DNA of 64,000 nt from Vitrella brassicaformis CCMP3155 (taxonomy: Eukaryota; Protista; Chromerida), in NCBI GenBank assembly GCA_001179505.1, contig CDMY01000418.1, positions 1 to 64,000 on the forward strand. The letters run 5' to 3'. This document shows, piece by piece, positions 50,801 through 59,640 of the stretch. Positions within the stretch are counted from its first letter, which is position 1. Each line of letters starts with the position of its first letter. Position numbers and translations under genes: made by a program. The notes under the pieces are model-generated. The model saw only the letters and a list, made by a program, of their open reading frames with translations, was not told the origin of the DNA and did not search any database.

Positions 50801-51379
50801 CAACGCCGCCCGTGCGATCTCCCCCAGCACGCCAATCGCCCTCTCAGCCTTGCCATGATACTCATGGCGATGTGCAGGGGTCACGATGGGGCCCTCGATG
50901 TTGAGCTCGATGAGCACTTGACCGAAGGGTGCGCCGGGCTCACACAGCTCGCTGCCTGGGTCGACAGAGATGGCGACGATGGGTCCGTGCTCGCACTGGA
51001 TGGTGCCCGTCTGCCGATGGAAGTGCCGCAACAGGTCTGGCGCCTGCGTCTTGAAGTTGGCCGGGTAGGAGACGACGAACCCAGAGAAGGCACACACGAA
51101 CACCAGGACCAGTATCGTCATGGTGCCCAGCGGCCCCAGCTGGCTCCTCATGTGCCCCCAATCAGCGTGCCACAGCTGTGCGACGCGCATCTTTAACCTG
51201 TCGCCGGTAGCCAGTGCGGTGATGGACGGGCGCCTTCTTGGCCTTGCCTTCATTGCATGGTGGGCATGCTGGCTTGAAGGGGAGGCTGGTGACGGGTGTG
51301 CCGCCTCTGAGGGTCTTGGACAGACGCGGCAGCTCATTGAAGCCCTTGTGGCCGGCACAGAGGTGGAGGTCGACAGCAT
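47819..51379 (-). CDS. Copia pol segment: integrase core, reverse transcriptase, RNase H
   Basis: 1186-codon ORF carrying the motifs above. The first RNase H acidic residue reads YAEAS rather than the usual Y(A/S)D. Confidence 0.9.
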   Translation of the reverse strand: MLSTSTSVPATRASMSCRVCPRPSEAAHPSPASPSSQHAHHAMKARPRRRPSITALATGDRLKMRVAQLWHADWGHMRSQLGPLGTMTILVLVFVCAFSGFVVSYPANFKTQAPDLLRHFHRQTGTIQCEHGPIVAISVDPGSELCEPGAPFGQVLIELNIEGPIVTPAHRHEYHGKAERAIGVLGEIARAALCTSGLNATRCGEHAWQYAVNIHNMTSLVKRNGFTHTPRGWVEHGRDARREQLHPFGCRATVLIPREHQASRVHPRGEPGVFLGWATDNKDMIPIVGVLPLLPGGHFTRLYRGIDVKFDHFDFPFNPSPFPGLPFFKTGAGEASDAQGGAAGGEDDTTQQQQRQLEQQPPVQPSQHVPLEVEERPQRLRRPPAHVSEEEGYQWHRPIPPLNPTRRSGQQESHPATGVQREHVSGGVQPASESRAVVDNIAVEAGESPAAEPVTQPAAEPVTQPARPEGEDAELAVAVPVEAQASAAPPPTHPPSTHQSPSPAEQPGDVPLNRSDVSHAGGDDQPVEYRGKPFNTWGYPCHILWPATYPNLTAYQRPRIKEIRRYRRATNKAAWNDTKLREQARKEWNAANKAKERSSEVEAEAAYLAACIEVETSAPPPIDPAAAAMCAALVADEADGATGTPLDQQLHAFRAHEANVSVSADGPVKMMPGMKVTPRIIRKMSPEDQQIWRDADAGEVDKLEQHKTYVWRKKKTIPVGSQIFHVLAVRVVKADGRPKTRLVINGSMNEREHETLYAPTSRTATAKLLISTALAKRYDIEQVDVESAFLHTTMPEQQQPVFAYPCDEILARHPDKIKGEDILEIKGGWYGLPEAPKLWNDTMVAFLKRVGFSQSVIDRGLFYNKTKDLYVNLYVDDALLMGPAESREWIKETLSTEFKMKLLGIARQFVELQIEYTDDGIVIHQTSYAHKIVDMFLPPDSRSVATPIAPNTHIGTEPFPSDDEWEHSPQRKLPYRQIVGSLLYLATGTRPDLLYPTKELAKRMSRWNQADYDAALRVLRYVKHRQSLGLHFDKNGDPAQLVGYAEASFADLADRRSTSGWLWVYMMGVVSAQSKTQPKVSTSTVETEFKSVSECAKHGDALAHTLETINVLVARPLTLYNDGMGACYVSSNKKDSRLLRHVDVRYHHVRQLVEQTTHIVVHISRADNPSDILTKPVDRATLEKHL

Positions 51380-54256
51380 TGATAAGGTTCGTGCGCTCCT
51401 GCTTGGTCAGCACCAACTCAGGCAGCTGCTTGCCCCCACCAGACTCACACTCATCGTCACCACACTCATCACCGTCGTCGAAGTGTCCATCCCCATCATC
51501 ATCATCCTCTCCGTCACCCGACTCAGCACTGGAGCACACCTCTACTCGCTCACGGCCCCAACGCCTCCAACGACATCGGCATCCCATCGCCCACTGCGAT
51601 GCCCCCACCAATCTGCTCAGCCCTGCTGTCGTCCTCCGACGTCCATGGTCTCACCGTCAGTCGATATCCGCCCGCCCAACACGTCAGGGGAACGACCCTC
51701 GTCTGCCGACGGCCGTTGATGTCGCACACGTGCCAGTACACGTAGGCCTCGTTGGCCCGCCCGGCGACCTTGTGCATACCCCCTCCCTTAGTGTGTAGCT
51801 GGCGCTCGCTTATCAGGTTCACTGGGCAGTCGGGGGCGACGTACACAGTCAGCTTCATCGGGAGCTCAGTGTCGTTCTTGTCGGTGACCATGAAGAGCGC
51901 CTCGCCTTTGCTCTCCAGCTGGAGGTTCTGGCCCTCGATGGCTGTCTTGATGTTGAGCCCTGGGGTCGGTCGCTCGGTGCCCTCGATGATGAATGATCTG
52001 TCCGTGACGATGTGCATCGAGGCGCCACCATCCACGGTGGCCTCGACCTTGCCTCCCCCCAGCAGCAGAGCGGCTCGCTCATCGTCAGACAGCACCGGCA
52101 GCTCCAGTCGATCCTTGTCGAAGTCGAAGTGAGCGTCTGGCGCGGCCGTGAAGTCGTGCCCGACCATCAACTCACACAGGGTGTAGTAGGCCGACTCGTC
52201 TGGGCCGGTGTTGGTGGGTGGGGATGGTGGATGGAGTGGTGTGGGTGTCTCGTCGGGTGCTGGTGCGGGTCCGGGCTCGTCCGAGACGGCAAGCCTGACG
52301 GTATGGCCACCCCCACCTCTGCCCTTGCCACCACCCGTCTGTTTGGGAGACCACCTGGGTGGTAGGTTGGCGAAGCGGCCACCTCTCTGGATGAGCTCGG
52401 CTCGGTGCTTGAAGCATTCGTAGTACACGTGGCCTCCCTTGCCACACCGCGGGCACTTGTTCTCGACCGTCCTCTTGTCTATCTCCTCCTGCGACACCAG
52501 ACCGTCGCTGGCCTTGGGCCTCGGGAGGCTCTCGTGCTTGCCGTGCCCTGGCGCCTTGTTGCCCCCACCAGACGCGTTGCCCCCACCAGACGCTGACGCA
52601 GAGGTCTGCTGCGTCTGCTGGCTCGCACCGCTGCCCTTGGGGGTCCACTTTTGGCCCCGGGGAGGCGTGCCTGACGCGTACGTGGGCTGGTTGGCCTGTC
52701 GGTTGCCGCCGCCGCCACCTTGTGCTTGTCGTCCTTGCCCCCCACCTGACTTGTGGTTGGCCACCATGGCCGTTCCCTGCTTGTCAGTGCCGCCGGGCAG
52801 CTGCAGGTAGTCGAGGTTGGGGTTCTCGTTCCGCTCCTGACGGATGAGTTGTGTGGACAGCTCCTCCATGGTAAGAGGGCGGAGGCGACGCAGGCCTGCT
52901 GCCTCGGCCTGGGGGTTGTTGTCTATCATGTCGCTGAGTTGGTGTCTCGCCGTCTTTATCAGCTTGACGTTGGGCAACATGTGAGTCGGCAGGGTGTCCT
53001 TGAAGCGCTGCAGGCGGGTCTCTTCCATGTCGAGTATGCCGCCGGCGTCGAGAATCTCATTCTCGATCGTCCGAGATGTTCGTTGTGGCGATCTCGGCCG
53101 TCGGTGCCTGGGGGAGGGAGGTGAGCTTGTTGGCGAGCAGCTGGAGGTGGTGGTCTGCCTGTGGCTCCATGTGCCTGACCAGCGCCTTCCACACCGCTGT
53201 CCCGTTCCTCTTCTGCTTGGCCACGGTGCCGACGGTGGACGTTGCCATGTTGAAGAGTCGGACGTCGAGTCGTGTGCTGAGGAGGCCGTACAGCAGCTCT
53301 CTCTTGTCCTTCAGTCGCTGGCTGTCTGATGGGTGTGGGTCGTCGGTGAGGACCTGCTCCAGTCTCCATGAGTAGATGGCGACGCTTTCCATGTTCCTCT
53401 TCCACACACGCCACCTGCTGTAGACGTCCTTGTCGAACTTCAGCTCGGCAGGCGGGTTGAAGCCCTTCTGGTCCTCAGGGCTGCGCGACCGACTACGCCG
53501 CCTCGATGAGCGGCTGCGATGTCTATCATCATCACTACTCTGTGGACTCCCACTGTCCGCCCCAGTGCCACGCCCTGGGCACCGTGGATCGGCGCATGAC
53601 GTCGATGTGCGCGCCTGACGGTCGCGTTGGTCACTCGACCCCACAAACGCCGACCCCCCATTCTCAGCAGCTCCGTGTGCACATCGCCCCTGGCCGCCCT
53701 CGGCCCCCGCCACTGCAGGTGGGTGGACCGATGATCGGGCCTGGCTCCCACTCTGGGGCTGTGCAGTGCTGGCCGGCCGGCCACTCGCTGGTGCCGACGA
53801 AGGCCACAATGGCTCCAAAACACGGGTGGTTTGAGGAGGTGGCGGGGGCGGGGGCTGGGCGGTGATATGCTGCTGGGCGTCACCCGGGTATGACGCCGTC
53901 GCAGCCGAGTGGGTGACCGCCAGTCGCTCCCCCTGCCCCTCAATGGGCGGGCCCGCCCTCTGCCGCCCAGCTGTGTTGGCAGCATTGAGGGTGGCGATCC
54001 GCTCATAGCGTCGATGTCGACATCGCTGGACGTCCAGTCCGATGAGTGTCTTATAGTCGAACAGCTGCTGCAGCGAGACTGCGGTGGTGTGCGACTCGCC
54101 CAGCGTGACCGCCTGGATGCGACGCTCGATCTCTCGCTCTCGCTCCTTGTGGTACGCCAGATCGTTGTCGATGTCAGTCAGCTCTGCATCATGCAGCCCC
54201 GCCGCCCACGCCGCCACATCCTCCCTGGCCCGCCGTGCTATCTGATCATCCGCCAC
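51162..54256 (-). pseudogene. Copia gag, protease and GAG-pre-integrase region split over three frames (53057-54256, 51550-53028, 51162-51611)
   Basis: Frame changes near 53070, ~51580 and ~51200. Copia gag-like W..WK..M and ..W..L segments. Confidence 0.85.
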
Positions 54257-54450
54257 CGCAGTGGGGCGATGGTGGTGCCCGATGGCTGGCTGTAGGGGTG
54301 TGTTGCTAAGGGGTTCGGTTCACGCTATAGAGATAGCGCCTACTCGATGCTCTACTGACGACACTTCTCGATGGGAGACACTCACGATTCAACGACAGGC
54401 ACACGCACACGATAAGGTCTCACGAGGTCACAAGCAGTCACACACGGCAC

Positions 54451-55005
54451 TGCACCACACCTGCTGACGACGGCAGGCTCTGACACGACTAATACACACA
54501 CTCACTCACTCACTCACTCACGACAACTGCTGAGGCCAGCAGCCTCGGCAACACAGCTCTCCGTCTGCTTCTTGGCACGCCTTGACGCCTCGGGCTTGGT
54601 TGGTTTGACTTCCTTCTTCAACAATCAAGCAGGCAGCTTCACAGTCAGTGGGTAGGAGTCGCCGAAGGGATGAGGATGGCTGGAATCGGTGAAAAATCGA
54701 CAAGTACCGAAAACATCAACGAATCGGCACTTTCGTCCTTCGGGATGACCGGAAAAAGCCGTAATGCCCAGCCAGGGGCCAATCGGAGCGCCAGCTCTCG
54801 CTCTGGAGCCTTTCGTCCCGCTCCGGCGCCGTTCGCCTCTCGCTCTGGAGCGCGAGGCCTGTCGCTCTGGAGCGGCAGGAGTCGTTTAACGAGACTCTAA
54901 CTCTGATTCTCGACGTCATTTCCTGTTGTTTCGTACTATTGCCGCCGCTGCGACGCTGGTGGGCCTTCCCTCCCTTTCTAGCGAAGCATTATCCATTATC
55001 ACTGA
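54451..55005 (-). repeat. Right arm of the ~550-bp inverted repeat
   Basis: Mirror of 45932-46478. No TSD seen outside the arms. Confidence 0.92.
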
Positions 55006-55626
55006 TTGGCGTTGCTGCGACAATAAAAGCCGCCGCTGTGTACTTCATTGGAAAAGCTGGCCCGAGGGATTCAAAATCTATACAGCACCACGCCCAGGAA
55101 GTGGGGACAAGGCGATTTAGCGACTTGCCGACATACAGCAACACCAAATCCCGCATGTCCCAGGGCCCTAATGCTGAGATATTTGTTATTCCTGCCATCT
55201 TATCCGACAACTCTTCTCGTGCCTTATGCCTCTTCGTGTCCAGACGCATACATAGATAGACACAGCTACAAAAGGGAGAAGGACATGTGTTCTTTTACTC
55301 ATCGCATGGCTGGTGTGATCGACGTANNNNNNNNNNNNNNNNNNNNNNNNNNNNNNNNNNNNNNNNNNNNNNNNNNNNNNNNNNNNNNNNNNNNNNNNNN
55401 NNNNNNNNNNNNNNNNNNNNNNNNNNNNNNNNNNNNNNNNNNNNNNNNNNNNNNNNNNNNNNNNNNNNNNNNNNNNNNNNNNNNNNNNNNNNNNNNNNNN
55501 NNNNNNNNNNNNNNNNNNNNNNNNNNNNNNNNNNNNNNNNNNNNNNNNNNNNNNNNNNNNNNNNNNNNNNNNNNNNNNNNNNNNNNNNNNNNNNNNNNNN
55601 NNNNNNNNNNNNNNNNNNNNNNNNNN

Positions 55627-56389
55627 TCTGCTTCTTGGCACGCCTTGACGCCTCGGGCTTGGTTGGTTTGACTTCCTTCTTCAACAATCAAGCAGGCAGC
55701 TTCACAGTCAGTGGGTAGGAGTCGCCGAAGGGATGAGGATGGCTGGAATCGGTGAAAAATCGACAAGTACCGAAAACATCAACGAATCGGCACTTTCGTC
55801 CTTCGGGATGACCGGAAAAAGCCGTAATGCCCAGCCAGTGGCCAATCGTAGCGCCAGCTCTCGCTCTGGAGCCTTTCGTCCCGCTCCGGCGCCGTTCGCC
55901 TCTCGCTCTGGAGCGCGAGGCCTGTCGCTCCGGAGCGGCAGGAGTCGTTTAACGAGACTCTAACTCTGATTCTCGACGTCATTTCCTGTTGTTTCGTACT
56001 ATTGCCGCCGCTGCGACGCTGGTGGGCCTTCCCTCCCTTTCTAGCGAAGCATTATCCATTATCACTGATTGGCGTTGCTGCGACAATAAAAGCCGCCGCT
56101 GTGTACTTCATTGGAAAAGCTGGCCCGAGGGATTCAAAATCTATACAGCACCACGCCCAGGAAGTGGGGACAAGGCGATTTAGCGACTTGCCGACATACA
56201 GCAACACCAAATCCCGCATGTCCCAGGGCCCTAATGCTGAGATATTTGTTATTCCTGCCATCTTATCCGACAACTCTTCTCGTGCCTTATGCCTCTTCGT
56301 GTCCAGACGCATACATAGATAGACACAGCTACAAAAGGGAGAAGGACATGTGTTCTTTTACTCATCGCATGGCTGGTGTGATCGACGTA
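55627..56389. repeat. 763-bp near-identical duplicate of 54564-55326 across a gap
   Basis: About 3 substitutions. The copies abut the 300-N gap, so this is probably a haplotype or contig overlap. Confidence 0.85.
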
Positions 56390-56399
56390 TTTGCTGGAC

Positions 56400-57104
56400 A
56401 CATGCATTCTTCGTCAAACGCACAGTCGCCTCAATCATTTGGGGGGTGTCGCGCTCACCTTGCCTGGGAGCCTTACTTGTCCAGGGGAGCAGCTTGTCCA
56501 AGGGACGTGGCTGTCGTGCAAAGGTTCTTCTATCTCGGGCTGAGGAGGCCCCGTCGCTTCGCGGGGCTTTCCCCTGCAAATCGCACATCGTTGTAGCCGT
56601 CCGGTGGAGGCGGATGCAGCGGCGAGATTTTCGAGGCTTCATTCGGTCATACAGAGGAGAGTTTCCTCCTTCTTTGTCATGAGTTGCCCTCCTCCGTCGG
56701 GGGGTCGGGACTCGCTCCGTGTCGCGCGAGATGCATTCAAATCCCCCAAGCTCGCACGGATGCCCCCAAGCTCGCAGCGGGGCCATCAAAAAGACGGGTG
56801 CAACTTCACCATCGTCCCACTGTCGGCGGAGAGCTACGGACGGTGGGGGGACGAGGCGGCTGCTCTTCTCAACCGTATGGCCCGGCACATGCGGCCACCT
56901 GTCTATATGGAGGAGGGCGACGTGGAGTTTTTCCGCGAGACAGCAGTGGAGAGGTGGTGGGCTCGACTTAGTGTGCTGCTGCAGAAGGGCAACGCACACA
57001 TGGTGCGGAGCAGGGCGTGGCGGGCAAGCAGGTGGAATGGGCAGGAGAGGGCGGGTTTTGCTGAGGGGCTGTTGCTAGAGCGGGAGCCTTTCCACCCTCG
57101 TTGA
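56400..57104 (+). mobile_element. CRE-like non-LTR 3' (RLE) fragment
   Basis: FTIVPLSAESYGRWGDEAAALLNRMA...WWARLSVLLQKGNA. Confidence 0.75.
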
Positions 57105-57569
57105 TTGCAGGGGGTGGGTGGGTGGGCGTGCATGGGTAGGTAGCGAATGCTTTGATTGTTGTTGTCAATAGTTTGGATGCGAACATGTAATCGACCGTCC
57201 CAGCGCATGGACACACGGACAATCTTACCCTTAACCACCACCACCAAAAGACGGGTAAGAGCGTGCCTCCGCTCGCTAAAAGCTCGCGAAGTCCAGAGGA
57301 TAATGGGGGAGAGGCGGCACGGGCGAGCGTCCAGCTCTTCAACCTGTCCATTTCTGTCGCTAATTGCCTTTGCTGCGACAATAACAACCGCCGCCGTGTA
57401 CTTCATTAACACAGCTGACACGAAGGAATCCGCACGGGAATTGGCGCGAGGATTTGACAACAGCGCCTCGCTTATATTGCGTGGCTCCAGTGCTGCGATA
57501 TTTGTGGCTCCTCCCATCTTGGCCAGCAACTCTTCTCATGAAAATCTGTCCGATTTGTCGACCTTGAAT

Positions 57570-58707
57570 GCGTGGAGGCCTCCACCATGTGGATCAAAGC
57601 TGGTCGAACCGGACGATGATAGAGGAAAGCGAGGGCCACCAAGCCAGCAGATCGTCACTTTGTGGGTTGAAGACATACCAATGACCCGGCTGCAGGTACG
57701 ATGGCTCTAAGGGTGATATATCCATCAATTCGTTCGCCTAGGGCCTCGTAACTGTCGTGGTATACATGGGTCCCTCAAGGGCGGAGAACTGGCTTGCAAA
57801 GCACGTCAGGCTGCTGGAAAAATGCTTGGTGGCCCATGAGATACTCATCGACTGGTGGAGCGAAAAGGAAAGCCCCAGTGAAGCAGCGCAGGCCTACTTC
57901 CGTAACACCAGCAAGGTCCGCCTTGCGCCTGGAAAGAGGGGGCTCGGAGATCGGTACTTCGTTACAGAGCACATCACGACGCCGTTCACCGTCATCGTAG
58001 ACGACGACAAGTCATTTTCTTGCGGTGAGCCAGCGAGCTCTTCGTCGCGAACTCACTTCGATCATTCGCCGTCAATTGATTATGTCACGTAGATTTGATG
58101 CACGGCCTTCTTCTTGCCGCCCAACGCTTTCCCAACAAGATCATCACTGTCAAGAAGAACAACCGACACGTCTACTTGTGCAAGGACACTCAGCTACTCT
58201 GGTCGGTCACTGGAAGATTGGTTCCGGCATAAGACAATCACTGCAGCCGCATGCGTGTCCAGGTACTATCGTCCAGAGAGATACCGCATCGAGCCTGATG
58301 GTGCCATCGGTCTTACCAGTGCCGCTCTGGTGCCTACTTCACTCATGAAGGCCTACCGAACAATGATACCTCCGTATGGGAGAAGAGGCAGAGGGCACAT
58401 GCCTTCTTCCTGCATTCCTTCGCTTTGCAGGTCGGTCATAGCTCTGATCAACCGTGAGCTGAACTGCGAGGACATGCTCTTTAACTGGCTTGCGGCAAGG
58501 CTCAACCCAGACAACGAGTCCAGTGTGTTTCTTTCCTACAGTGGCGGCGGCATCTTTGATGGCCGTATGGGAGGCAAGGCGCTCTGTAAGAGAAAGAACA
58601 GCGTCCAGCGTCGAAGTGCTTGTCTCAATTACATTAGAGCTATGTTTCCATACTGGCCTATCCCCCGCGTCCCATCCTACCACGTTGTAGTTGAGGATAA
58701 GAAATGA
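57570..58707 (+). CDS. GT64 (EXTL/exostosin C-terminal-like) glycosyltransferase; 5' end not found
   Basis: In-frame spliced exons: GLVTVVVYMG..GLGDRYFVTEHITTPFTVIVDDD..QRFPNKII..IGLTSAAL..NCEDMLFNW..RRSACLNYIRAMFPYWP. These match the GT64 DxD, NCED and RS.CLN motifs. Confidence 0.75.
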
Positions 58708-59007
58708 TACCCTACCACGTAATAGTTGAGGTGGGGTGTATTTGTTTGTGTGTGTTGGATGTTTTGATGTGTTTGTTCAATTAGATAATTCGATAGCGGT
58801 TGTAACTGACACAGTCCAGCATGGACTAATCACCGCCACAAATTCTTGTGCGTCAAGGCGCTAGTGCCTCAAGGACCAAATGAACACTCTGCGGTTTCCG
58901 TTGTATACACTCCTCCCGCCCCACCGCCCGAAAGACACGATCGATCCTCTGCCCTGTCAGCGCCCCATTCCCATCCAATCCGCCTCGAATCGAGCCCGGT
59001 GGCTGAT

Positions 59008-59640
59008 CTAGAGACCGTGGGGAGAAGAGCCGCCTCGCTGAAGGCACTCTGCTGCAGAACGCATGGCAGCCTTGGTGCCGCATGCATCTTTTCTACTTTC
59101 GCTTCTTTCCGATGGTCTGATGAGGATGATCCCCTTTCCCTCACAGACTGATTCATCGGCTTCACACACGCACGCGACGATGCAGCTCTCTGGTGTCTCC
59201 CGTGGCGCAAGTGCGAAGGTGTGTCGCCATGGATATTTTCCCCGCAAGTTGTTCTTCCTGGAGGCTGTGCGCCGCGCCGCGTTGATTGGCTGTCCGGTGA
59301 AAGGGCATTTGGGAGTCGTCAGGGCGGCAGGGGTGGGCGATGGTGACGTCGAGCAGGTAGTCTTGCCGTCGATCACGCAGTAGATGTCCATGCGCTGGCT
59401 GTCTGTTGGGTTTATCGTCGGGGGGGGGGTTGACGCCGAGGCTGTGCAGAGGCACCTCAACATTGGAGGGAAGATCTGCATAGGAGGAAAAGCGGGGGGC
59501 GAACAGGTTATTCACGACCCCCCTAAGTGCCTGAAGGGGGGGTCGCGTCGACGTGTCGGTCACTACTGTTACGAGGTGGCATTTTGAGACGAGGGAGAGA
59601 CTGAATTCAAGCACCACTTGATCGCGCCTCCAGCTCATTC
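59008..59640 (-). mobile_element. CRE-like non-LTR RLE domain fragment, frameshifted
   Basis: RQPAH...YLLDVTIAHPC...RGAAH, then in a second frame RGKY...CLQRG. Confidence 0.65.

Larger units (their letters stand above)
46470..54485 (-). mobile_element. Ty1/copia retrotransposon (gag-PR-IN-RT-RH), frameshifted, no direct LTR pair found
   Basis: Copia domain order. Zinc knuckle CPRCGKGGHVYYEC, protease VDGGASMHI, GAG-pre-integrase LHLCAGH..CPPCNEGK, integrase HAD/VDPGSE/GKAER, RT KTRLV/DVESAFL/YGLPEAP/YVDD, RNase H RRSTSG..SDILTK. Confidence 0.92.

Noticed and set aside
48941-53124. Plus-strand ORFs overlapping the copia element (e.g. 48941-49957, 50312-51196)
   Set aside because: Antisense shadows of GC-rich coding sequence.
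54301-54485. A conventional 5' LTR with a tRNA primer-binding site
   Set aside because: It has TGT..ACA ends, but no TGG-type PBS follows and there is no direct partner at the 3' end. Kept only as part of the inverted-repeat finding.
54564-56389. 763-bp tandem duplication as a biological event or second LTR
   Set aside because: The copies overlap a placeholder gap and differ at ~3 sites, so a haplotype or contig overlap is more likely.
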